Shown here piece after piece: positions 1 to 8,269 of a DNA stretch of 64,000 nucleotides (positions are counted from its first letter, which is position 1; each line of letters opens with the position of its first letter). Source of the stretch: a virus (taxonomy: Duplodnaviria; Caudoviricetes); IMG/VR virus record IMGVR_UViG_3300033073_001248, positions 21,687 to 85,686 of that record, one strand, 5' to 3'. The notes below the pieces were generated by a model. That model saw only the letters and a list, made by a program, of their open reading frames with translations. It was not told the DNA's origin and did not search any database. The position numbers and the translations under genes were made by a program.

Positions 1-474
1 CACAGTCCCAAAAATATAGGAATATTAAGAGTGTGGTTTACATTTTGGGACAATAATTGGCATGTTGATCCTGCTATAATAAAAGATATGTTAAGAGATC
101 CTTATCAAATGTTTATACACAAAAACTATTTCAAACTTTTAATAGCATGGATAACCTTATTGGTTTCTGGGTCTATGTTAACAGAATCTATGGTACCCAT
201 AATGATAGGATTTATTTTACCTTGTGCTACAACCAGTTTTTTCAGTGGAATTACAAATAGTCTAGGACACACCGTTGGGTATAGGAATTTTGAAACAAAC
301 GACTCTAGTACAAATCATCTTTTTATCCGTTGGTTATTTGTAATAGTGGGCCTACACAACAACCATCATTATAAACCAACAGCATGGAATTTTAATTTAT
401 TAAATCGGTGGTGGGAATTTGATCTTGACGCAGTGATTATAAAACACTTTTTTATAAAAAAATTATATGTATGA
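1..474 (+). CDS. Fatty-acid (delta-9-type) desaturase, 5'-truncated by window edge
   Basis: Frame is open from base 1 (HSPKNIGILRVWF...). Third His box GLHNNHH, SLGHTVGYRNF..D.STN and RWWEFDL match membrane desaturases; paralogous to 3395..4147. Confidence 0.85.
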   Translation, partial: HSPKNIGILRVWFTFWDNNWHVDPAIIKDMLRDPYQMFIHKNYFKLLIAWITLLVSGSMLTESMVPIMIGFILPCATTSFFSGITNSLGHTVGYRNFETNDSSTNHLFIRWLFVIVGLHNNHHYKPTAWNFNLLNRWWEFDLDAVIIKHFFIKKLYV

Positions 475-2551
475 TATTGTATTTTGCTCGGTTCCGCCCT
501 TGGCCATAGATCGAGTTTATTCTGCCCCTGCACTGCTTAAGGGATTAGTGCAAAGCAAAGGATACAAATCAAAAACTTATGATTTTTCAATTGAACTTTA
601 TAAACAGTGCAACAAGGATCCTAAAGTTTACACTAACCTATTAGAATATTTTTGGTCAACTGCAAAAATTTTAAGTGATACTGAAAAAATAATTATTGAA
701 AAATGGTATCAATCAGTTATCCACTTGTTGAAGAATTGCCCTACTAGATTTATAGGATTAAGTGTATTCAGTGGGTGGACTCAAAAAGCTATTTTGGAAA
801 TTTTATTGAAAGCACACGAAGAAGGTTTTGCAAATAAAATTGTTTTGGGCGGTCACGGACTTACAACCACAGTACACTATACTGCTCAAAAATTACTGCC
901 TAACAAAAATATAAATGACAAAATCTATACTTTTGAACAAGCATTACGATCGAAACAACTCTGTGATCATATAATTATAGGCGATGGCGAGTCTGGAATA
1001 TTAGATCTACTAAGAAATAATTCAGTAAAGAATACACAGTACACAGACGAGCAATTTGATTATTTTCTACCTAACTATGATGATTACGAACTAGATTGTT
1101 ATACATGGGAAAACGATGAAACAATAATTGATGTAATTGGCAGTAAAGGGTGTGTCAGAGATTGTGATATGTGCGACATAAGATCAAAATTTGGCAATTA
1201 TAGATTTAAAGACGGAGAAAGAATAGCAGACGAATTAATTGAACTTAATAGTACATATGGATTTAGAAAATTTAGATTTGTAGACAGTTTGACCAATGGC
1301 AGTTTATTGCATTTTGAAAAGTTTATCAAAAGATTAGCCGAATATAATCAGCAAACAAATAAAAACATAGTATGGTCGGGCGAATACATTTGCAGAGACT
1401 TTACTAATAGTAAAAAAGACATTGATGCTTATTATAGTATGTTAGCCGCCAGCGGCGCCCAAGGACTTACCATAGGAGCAGAATCAGGCAGTAATGCAGT
1501 TCTATCAGCTATAAACAAACAAACATCAGTCGAAGCTTTATTTTTTGAACTTGAGTATTTTAGAAAATACAATATTACCAGTGTTTTGTTATTATTTACA
1601 GGCCATTGGTCTGAAACTGAAACGGATTTTATTGACCATTGTCAATTGCTGGTTGATTTAGTGCCCTATAGTTTGTCGTCTACAGTGATAGGAGTAATGC
1701 TAGGCACCACTTTTGGATTAATACATGGTTCTCCTAGTTTCGGTAATTCAGTAATTGAACGGCACAATGATAAATTTGTAAGACTATGGTTTAATCCAAA
1801 TAACCCGACTAACACACTTAAAACACGACTTAAGAGAAGGATTATAGTAAACAAACTTGCAACTGCTTTAAATTTGCCTATAGTAAATGAATTTATGTAT
1901 TTGAAACCTGAATTTGATTTTTTAAGCGACAACTTAAATGACATTAATGAATTTTTTATAAACAAAGGTGGACAGCAAAGCGATATAGATATAACAAATT
2001 TTGTCACAACTTTTTTAAACAATCTAAATAATATTCAGTTCGAAGTTGAAATCGAAGTCTCCACCGTTAACACAGATCCCAGTGTTCATATATCGATAAA
2101 CAATGATGTACTAGTTAACACTGTACTCACAGACGGTGTTTATAGTTTTAGTAAAACTTTAAACGCTGAAAATTCTAATTTGGTAAAAATATCAATGGGC
2201 AATAAAAATATAAATGATACTATTGTTGAAAATAATATAATTATTAAAGACAAGTCTGTTAAATTTGAAAAATTGTTGATTAATAATGTAGATATTTTAA
2301 ATCCAACAATTTATTACAATATAATATCAATGTTTGAGGGTGCTACAAGATTAAATGAATTATCTATGGGTCTATTTAAAAACGATCAAACTCTTGAAAT
2401 TAAATTCCCTAAAAATTTTACAGTTTGGATTAGTAAGAACTATAATTCAAATAAATCTTGGCAAAATATTACCAATAACGCACTGACAGACTCTAGTATA
2501 CAAGAACTTGTTGCAAACCTAGAACTTCTTGTTGATCAAATTAAAATTTAA
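467..2551 (+). CDS. B12-binding radical SAM protein with extra C-terminal domain
   Basis: N-terminal cobalamin-binding-like region (IGLSVFS, IVLGG), CxxxCxxC motif CVRDCDMC, FRFVDS, IGAESGS; about 190-aa C-terminal extension of unknown function. Confidence 0.85.
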   Translation: MYDIVFCSVPPLAIDRVYSAPALLKGLVQSKGYKSKTYDFSIELYKQCNKDPKVYTNLLEYFWSTAKILSDTEKIIIEKWYQSVIHLLKNCPTRFIGLSVFSGWTQKAILEILLKAHEEGFANKIVLGGHGLTTTVHYTAQKLLPNKNINDKIYTFEQALRSKQLCDHIIIGDGESGILDLLRNNSVKNTQYTDEQFDYFLPNYDDYELDCYTWENDETIIDVIGSKGCVRDCDMCDIRSKFGNYRFKDGERIADELIELNSTYGFRKFRFVDSLTNGSLLHFEKFIKRLAEYNQQTNKNIVWSGEYICRDFTNSKKDIDAYYSMLAASGAQGLTIGAESGSNAVLSAINKQTSVEALFFELEYFRKYNITSVLLLFTGHWSETETDFIDHCQLLVDLVPYSLSSTVIGVMLGTTFGLIHGSPSFGNSVIERHNDKFVRLWFNPNNPTNTLKTRLKRRIIVNKLATALNLPIVNEFMYLKPEFDFLSDNLNDINEFFINKGGQQSDIDITNFVTTFLNNLNNIQFEVEIEVSTVNTDPSVHISINNDVLVNTVLTDGVYSFSKTLNAENSNLVKISMGNKNINDTIVENNIIIKDKSVKFEKLLINNVDILNPTIYYNIISMFEGATRLNELSMGLFKNDQTLEIKFPKNFTVWISKNYNSNKSWQNITNNALTDSSIQELVANLELLVDQIKI

Positions 2552-2557
2552 TAAATA
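2550..2557 (+). promoter_or_regulatory. Putative T4-type late promoter (AATAAATA)
   Basis: One mismatch to TATAAATA; lies at the start of a structured intergenic element. Confidence 0.4.
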
Positions 2558-2561
2558 AATT

Positions 2562-2680
2562 TAGCAACGCCATTTTTAAAAAAATGACGCCGGGAAATAT
2601 TGACGCTTAAGGTAGTGACCTTTTTACCAACATATCTATGCTTGGAACGCCAACCGTATAAAGAATTGACAATTCTTTTA
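2562..2680 (+). ncRNA. Candidate structured RNA: four ACGC motifs separated by hairpins
   Basis: ACGC at 2567, 2587, 2603, 2647. Stems: CATTTT/AAAATG (2571-2586), AAGGT/ACCTT (2609-2622), CCAACAT/ATG-C-TTGG (2627-2645), AAAGAATTG/CAATTCTTT (2660-2678) followed by T. Confidence 0.45.
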
Positions 2681-2694
2681 GCTCTTAGTAAAAT
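2666..2694 (+). promoter_or_regulatory. sigma70-type promoter
   Basis: TTGACA (2666-2671), 17 nt, TAAAAT (2689-2694); the -35 box lies inside a 19-bp inverted repeat. Confidence 0.75.
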
Positions 2695-2717
2695 AGTAGA
2701 CCAACAATATTAGTACT

Positions 2718-3398
2718 ATGAGTAAACCTTTGATTTTCTTGGGATCAAATTCAAACATAAGTCTTTTTTCGGAAACTGCTGAAGAAATGGGAATTCCAGT
2801 TTTCGGAATAATTGATGATCAGTATTACGGCAATACTCAATCAATTGCGGAAGTTCCTATAGTTGGATCTGAAAAAACATTCGACTTTGAAAATAATAAA
2901 AATCAATACCAATTTTTTGTAGCGTCTAGTGTTATTCCTAAATTCGAAGGTAGTAAAATTAGGCGTTTAGAATTTATCAACTTATGTAACAGACATCAAT
3001 TACCTTTAGCAACATTAAGAAATAAAATTAGTCAAGTAAGCAAGTCAGTGATTGTTCACCCCGGAACTTACATAGGTTTCTGTGCAGCAATCGGCCATGG
3101 CTGCGAATTAATGCCACATAGTCAAATACACACTCATGCTTTACTTGCTCATGACAGCATTTTAGGAATCAACAGTGTAATTGAAAGAACAGCGTTAGTA
3201 TCAGGTAATTGCGTTATAAAAGAAAATGCACACATAGGGTTTGGATCAGCAATTAGTAAGCTAGGCGGCGCAGTAATAGGAAAGAATGCAGTAATACACC
3301 CTCGATTAACTGTACTTAGAGATGTAGAAGACAATGAAATAGTTAGCCTAGCAGGTGATAACACAAGAAAAATTTATGGTAAGGTAGTAAGACAATGA
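2718..3398 (+). CDS. NeuD/PglD-like sugar O-acyltransferase (hexapeptide repeat)
   Basis: N-terminal LIFLGS / GIIDD Rossmann-like part followed by left-handed beta-helix repeats (VIVHPGTYIG..AAIGHG, VIGKNAVI). Confidence 0.8.
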   Translation: MSKPLIFLGSNSNISLFSETAEEMGIPVFGIIDDQYYGNTQSIAEVPIVGSEKTFDFENNKNQYQFFVASSVIPKFEGSKIRRLEFINLCNRHQLPLATLRNKISQVSKSVIVHPGTYIGFCAAIGHGCELMPHSQIHTHALLAHDSILGINSVIERTALVSGNCVIKENAHIGFGSAISKLGGAVIGKNAVIHPRLTVLRDVEDNEIVSLAGDNTRKIYGKVVRQ

Positions 3399-4147
3399 AA
3401 TTGCAAATTAATAACCTTTTTATATTTCAATGTATAACACATTTAAGTATCATTCCTATGATAATGTATGCTAATTGGTATCATTGGGTAATAGCGTTTA
3501 CAATTTATTTCCTAACTGGCAGTATAGGTATGAGCGGCACTTTTCACAGGTTGCTCAGTCATAAAAGTTATCAAGCACCAAAATGGTGGGAATATTTAGG
3601 AACAGTATTGGCATCTATTGGGGGAACAGGTAGCAGTATTGCGTGGTGTGCTGTACACAGAGAACATCATAGATTTACTGATACTGACCGTGATCCTCAT
3701 AGTCCATATACCAAAGGATTTCTAAAGGTACAGTTTTTTAGTATGTTTCATCAACCTAATGTAAGATATGTTCCTGATTTACTTCGCAGTAATTTTCATA
3801 TAAACATGCACAAATTCTATTGGTTGGTTCATGTCGTTTATGCGGCATGCTGTTATTTGATGGATCCTTTTGCTGTGGTCTATGCTTGGTTAATACCTAG
3901 TTTATTTTTATGGCATGCAGGCAGCAGTATCAATACTTTTAGTCACACACTGGGTTGGCAAGACTACGAAACTAAAGATACTAGCACTAACCATCCTGTA
4001 TTAGGTTTGTTAATGTGGGGCGAAGGTTGGCATAATAATCACCATGCTTTTCCTGCCGACTATAGATTTGGAAAAAAATGGTGGCAAATAGATGTTACAA
4101 GATACCTAATAGAATTAGTAAGGATTAGACAGAATGAAAAATCGTAA
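3395..4147 (+). CDS. Fatty-acid (acyl-CoA/acyl-lipid delta-9-type) desaturase
   Basis: Three His boxes HRLLSH, HREHH..D.DRDPHSP, GEGWHNNHH; hydrophobic segments. Confidence 0.92.
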   Translation: MKLQINNLFIFQCITHLSIIPMIMYANWYHWVIAFTIYFLTGSIGMSGTFHRLLSHKSYQAPKWWEYLGTVLASIGGTGSSIAWCAVHREHHRFTDTDRDPHSPYTKGFLKVQFFSMFHQPNVRYVPDLLRSNFHINMHKFYWLVHVVYAACCYLMDPFAVVYAWLIPSLFLWHAGSSINTFSHTLGWQDYETKDTSTNHPVLGLLMWGEGWHNNHHAFPADYRFGKKWWQIDVTRYLIELVRIRQNEKS

Positions 4148-4889
4148 GCAATTGCCCTGTTGGGGCTATTTAAAAGACTGGCAAATTGATATGCCTGCTT
4201 TGTTTGAGTATTTAAAAAATGTTAATTTGTTTAATTTTGACAGCTACAATGATATTAGGACTGATGCCAATGGGTCAATGAAGGACTTTGTTATTGCAAA
4301 TGAATACTGCCATACAAACTTCTTTAAAGAAGATGAAGCCAACATGGGCAACAGCGATAAGTTCAGGCATGTTATGTTAACAGAATTTGACAAGTCTAAA
4401 AGTCGTGGTGCCGTTGAATTCAAATACACTAACATTTATGAACGAACCAAACGATTGGATCCTACTAGTCCAAATTATTTGCCTGAAGCCGACGAATTAA
4501 ATTATACAGTTAGAACCAAATATGCTCAAGGGGAACTGGCAAAGATAATGGATATGTTTACCAGCAAAGTTACAAGAACAAGACTGGCTTATGTTGCAGG
4601 AAATCACGAACTAAAAGCTCATGTAGACTACGACCCAACTTATATCTGCAGATATCATATTCCTATTATTACAAATCCTAGTGTTAAGATGTACATGAAA
4701 CGCAACGGACAAACCCTAAGCTACCACATGCCTGCTGATGGCCGTGTATACTTTTTTAACACAGGTGTATTGCACTGGGTAGTTAATAAAAGCACTGAAG
4801 CAAGACTGCATCTCATAATTGATGTACATGGACAAAGTGAATTAGACAATTTAGTCAGTTTAGACGAGCAAGCTGAAATACTTGTGTAA
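4134..4889 (+). CDS. 2OG-Fe(II) oxygenase (aspartyl/asparaginyl beta-hydroxylase-like)
   Basis: HVD...RYHIPIITN...FFNTGVLHWVVN...RLHLIID facial-triad pattern. Confidence 0.75.
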   Translation: MKNRKQLPCWGYLKDWQIDMPALFEYLKNVNLFNFDSYNDIRTDANGSMKDFVIANEYCHTNFFKEDEANMGNSDKFRHVMLTEFDKSKSRGAVEFKYTNIYERTKRLDPTSPNYLPEADELNYTVRTKYAQGELAKIMDMFTSKVTRTRLAYVAGNHELKAHVDYDPTYICRYHIPIITNPSVKMYMKRNGQTLSYHMPADGRVYFFNTGVLHWVVNKSTEARLHLIIDVHGQSELDNLVSLDEQAEILV

Positions 4890-4913
4890 ATAATTTTAAT
4901 TCAATCAACTATT

Positions 4914-5882
4914 ATGAGCCTCAAACAACAAATTCTTACCTACAGTCGCCAAGAAACCATGACACCATTAAGTACTTGGTTTGATTCCAAATTGGAACAA
5001 CTTATTGATCAAGGTTTTTACTCAGATCTTAATACTTTAGAAGACACTGGTCAAAAGCTGGTACAAGGCTTAAAAGACTATGGCCAAAAATATAATATTA
5101 CAAATGTAGCCATCGGCATGAGTGGTGGCGTAGACAGTGCCCTAACTGCGGCACTGTTCAAACAAGCAGGTTGGACAGTAACTGGTGTAACTATGCCCAT
5201 ACATCAAAATCCTGCCGAAACTGAACGCGGCATTGAAGCTTGCCAAGCATTAAAATTAAACCATGTGCATGTAGATTTAACCAAACCCTACGATGACTTG
5301 GTCAAAAGTATTAGTGCTTGGGACAGTCAAATCAACAATGCTGGCCATGTTATCCGTAGAGCCAATCTTAGAGTAAGACTGCGTATGATGACTGTGTACA
5401 ATGTTGCCAGCAGTCTGCGTGGCTTGGTGGGCAGCACCGACAACTTCAGTGAGCTGGCTGCAGGCTTTTGGACACTGCATGGTGATGTAGGCGACCTTGC
5501 TCCAATCCAAAGTCTTAGTAAGAGTTGGGAAGTGCCCAAACTGGCTGAAGTTTATGGCGTGCCCGCCAGCACTGTGTTTGCTAAACCCACTGACGGCTTA
5601 GGTATCAGTGATGGGGACGAAGCACAGTTTGGTTTCAGTTACTTAGAATTTGATATTGTTTTGTTATTATTGTGTGCTAAATTAGACTTGCAGACAAGAC
5701 AGCAAGCATTAGAATATTTGCTGCCTGGCACAGCAGACATCGCCAAAGTTAATCGCATACTGGACCGCATTGCTGGCAGTACCTTTAAACGAACTAATCC
5801 ATACAATCTACCGCACCCACAGGACACAGATAGATATAATGGTTTACAAAATCTTGACACCGCGCTCTGGAAAAAAATATAA
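4914..5882 (+). CDS. nadE: NH3-dependent NAD+ synthetase
   Basis: GMSGGVDS PP-loop, RANLRVRLRM, STDNFSE, GFWTLHGD, APIQSLSK, KPTDGL, DEAQFGFSY. Confidence 0.9.
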   Translation: MSLKQQILTYSRQETMTPLSTWFDSKLEQLIDQGFYSDLNTLEDTGQKLVQGLKDYGQKYNITNVAIGMSGGVDSALTAALFKQAGWTVTGVTMPIHQNPAETERGIEACQALKLNHVHVDLTKPYDDLVKSISAWDSQINNAGHVIRRANLRVRLRMMTVYNVASSLRGLVGSTDNFSELAAGFWTLHGDVGDLAPIQSLSKSWEVPKLAEVYGVPASTVFAKPTDGLGISDGDEAQFGFSYLEFDIVLLLLCAKLDLQTRQQALEYLLPGTADIAKVNRILDRIAGSTFKRTNPYNLPHPQDTDRYNGLQNLDTALWKKI

Positions 5883-5887
5883 TAGTA

Positions 5888-5895
5888 TATAAATA
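5888..5895 (+). promoter_or_regulatory. T4-type late promoter TATAAATA
   Basis: Exact TATAAATA in the intergenic gap 25 nt before the 5921 start. Confidence 0.6.
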
Positions 5896-5920
5896 CCATT
5901 ATAAAACTCCAGGTAGCGAC

Positions 5921-6361
5921 ATGATTTACACAATTAAAGACACACTAGACCCATTTGCCAATTATCTCAAGGACGATCCTGTGCGTCCCCATATTCCTTA
6001 TGAACAGAGATTTGGCAGTAATAGGGCAGTGCTGGCCCTTACTGACGACAACACAGTCAAGGCTGTTGTCTGTACCAGATTGTGTAGCACAATTCCCACT
6101 AGCGAAGAAGAACTATTAACAGATAACAGCGCCAATCCCGATACCGCTGTGTTTTATACTATTTGGAGTTACGCACCTGGAGCTGGTCAGCAACTTATTA
6201 GAGAAGGCTTGGCTAAGTTTCGTCAGGAAAATCCCAACATCAAGCGATTTGTGACCTTGAGCCCACCTACAGAACTGGCAAAAAAGTTTCATTTACGAAA
6301 TGGTGCTCGTATATTCAGAGTTAACGATACCACTGTTAATTATGAATATATAAACATATAA
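5921..6361 (+). CDS. Miniature malonyl-CoA decarboxylase-like (GNAT-fold) protein
   Basis: TAVFYTIWS, QLI, NIKRFVTLSP and KFHLRNGARIFRVN match the malonyl-CoA decarboxylase motifs (AIFYSIS, FxTLSP, FHLxNGA) in order, within 146 aa. Confidence 0.6.
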   Translation: MIYTIKDTLDPFANYLKDDPVRPHIPYEQRFGSNRAVLALTDDNTVKAVVCTRLCSTIPTSEEELLTDNSANPDTAVFYTIWSYAPGAGQQLIREGLAKFRQENPNIKRFVTLSPPTELAKKFHLRNGARIFRVNDTTVNYEYINI

Positions 6362-6372
6362 TCAATAAATTT

Positions 6373-7143
6373 ATGAAAATCAAAAACTATGTGATAGGCG
6401 CTCACCGCCGAATCAACAGCACCCAATGGGCATGGAAAGACACCAGCGCCGAAGGCGATATCTACAAAACTTACAGTGAAATGTACAGGCTCAGTCGCAG
6501 CAGTATGTACCATTTCCTTGAAGGCGAATGGGAAGAACTTGTATGGACGGAAGATATTGATAACATTGGTCAAGCAATGAAGTTAAATTGGACCAATGTC
6601 TACAATCTTTGGCACAGTGAACCCTGCAATATATTAGCAGTTGGGCCTGATGTGCAAATAGTTAAACCCTTAAAAATGTTTGGTGAGTTTGACGAATTTA
6701 GAATGTTTAATTGGACAGACCCAAAGTTCTATCATGATGCTAATCCATGGGGCATTGATTTACCCAATTACTTTAACGGTGACTTCAAATACTATCCGCA
6801 CACCATGAGCAAAGATGTGTGGGCCATGGGTATGAATATGGCCAAAGATTGGGCAGGCAACGACACTACTCCTGAAACTTGGGGCAACGAACAGCTAATT
6901 GAAAATGCTATGTTTTGGAGTCAAGGTATCCGATTTGAAGATGCACACAGGCCAGATTTGTTTTATCAAGCTCACGGCCTGCCCTGGGTAGATATTGAAC
7001 AAATGGATCAGTGGAACAACTACAGCTATCAAGATGCCAAAGTTATTCATTGGCACAGCAGTAGACACAGTCCTACCAAATTAAATTGTATGCAACAGGT
7101 AAACGACATGCTTGAAATTCCTGTGCATTCGTGTAAAATATAA
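6373..7143 (+). CDS. Divergent GT-A (GT8-like) glycosyltransferase, putative
   Basis: ILAVGPDVQIVKP (DxD position), YFNGDF, WGNEQLIEN, KVIHWH follow the GT8 motif order; first gene of the sugar cluster. Confidence 0.45.
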   Translation: MKIKNYVIGAHRRINSTQWAWKDTSAEGDIYKTYSEMYRLSRSSMYHFLEGEWEELVWTEDIDNIGQAMKLNWTNVYNLWHSEPCNILAVGPDVQIVKPLKMFGEFDEFRMFNWTDPKFYHDANPWGIDLPNYFNGDFKYYPHTMSKDVWAMGMNMAKDWAGNDTTPETWGNEQLIENAMFWSQGIRFEDAHRPDLFYQAHGLPWVDIEQMDQWNNYSYQDAKVIHWHSSRHSPTKLNCMQQVNDMLEIPVHSCKI

Positions 7144-7159
7144 CATTCAAGGATACACT

Positions 7160-8269
7160 ATGACCCAAATTAGTCAAAGGGATAAAGAACTATTTGAAAA
7201 TTTATTTGTTCTAGAAGTAGCAAACAACCACTTAGGCGATGTTGATCGCGGCCTTAAAATCATTAGAGATCACGGCACAGTAGCAAGATATAACAATGTC
7301 AAGTTTGCTCTAAAACTACAGTTTAGGGACAGCGCAGAATTTATTCATCCTGAGTTTCAAGGTAATACTGAAAATAGATATATTAAAAAAACTGAAGCTA
7401 CTTATCTTACCAAAGAGCAGTACGCAAGACTGATTAAAGAAGTTAAAGCAGTAAATGGCATTCCAATGAGCACACCTTTTGACGAAAAGAGTGTAGACTT
7501 ATGCGTTGAATTTGACATGCCCATTATTAAGATTGCCAGCAGCGATATGAATGACTGGCCTTTGATTAATAAAATTGCTGATACTAAACGAGCTGTTATT
7601 GTCAGTACAGGCGGAGCCAGTGAAAAAGATCTAGATGATCTTGTTGTTTACTTTGAACGAAGAAACATTCCCTTGGCCATTAATCATTGTGTTAGTTTGT
7701 ACCCCAGTGAAGATGATGAACTGCATTTGGATCAAATTGATTACCTTCGTGATCGTTATCCTGGCCATGTTATTGGTCTCAGCACACATGAATATCACGA
7801 TTGGTCCAGCAGTATGCTGATCAGCTATGGCAAAGGCGCAAGAACTTGGGAACGACATGTAGACATTAATTATGGCGGTGTTGCTGTCAGTGCTTATAAC
7901 AGTTTACCAGAACAGTGTGACACTTGGTACAAGGCTTTTCACAAAGCACAGGAAATGTGTGGTGGTTACAGCAACAGTCGCAGAGTTATTAGCCGTCGTG
8001 AAACGGAATATCTAGATGCACTGGTGCGTGGTGCTTATGCTCGCAGAGATTTAGAGCCAGGTTATGTATTGACCAAAGAAAGTTTTGCCCGAGACTTTTA
8101 TCTCAGTATTCCTTTGCGTAAAGGTCAATTAAGCTGTAGAGAAGTGCTGGATGGCGAAAAACTAATTCAAGGTATCAAAGCAGACCAAGCATTGACCATT
8201 GACCATATCGACGGTCCTTACAACGAAAATCCTGCACTTAAAAATCTTATTCTTAACAGAGGTCTATAA
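7160..8269 (+). CDS. NeuB/SpsE-family PEP-dependent nonulosonate-synthase-like enzyme with C-terminal SAF-like domain
   Basis: LEVANNH.G, KLQFR, STPFD, KIASSD, IVSTGG, HCVSLYP, GLSTHE, ERHV. Start moved to the ATG at 7160 behind AAGGA. Confidence 0.88.
   Translation: MTQISQRDKELFENLFVLEVANNHLGDVDRGLKIIRDHGTVARYNNVKFALKLQFRDSAEFIHPEFQGNTENRYIKKTEATYLTKEQYARLIKEVKAVNGIPMSTPFDEKSVDLCVEFDMPIIKIASSDMNDWPLINKIADTKRAVIVSTGGASEKDLDDLVVYFERRNIPLAINHCVSLYPSEDDELHLDQIDYLRDRYPGHVIGLSTHEYHDWSSSMLISYGKGARTWERHVDINYGGVAVSAYNSLPEQCDTWYKAFHKAQEMCGGYSNSRRVISRRETEYLDALVRGAYARRDLEPGYVLTKESFARDFYLSIPLRKGQLSCREVLDGEKLIQGIKADQALTIDHIDGPYNENPALKNLILNRGL

Noticed and set aside
2584-2661. Tiny ORFs MTPGNIDA and MLGTPTV as RiPP precursors for the radical SAM enzyme
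   Set aside because: 7-8 aa, no RBS and no leader/core structure; better explained as by-products of the ACGC/hairpin element.
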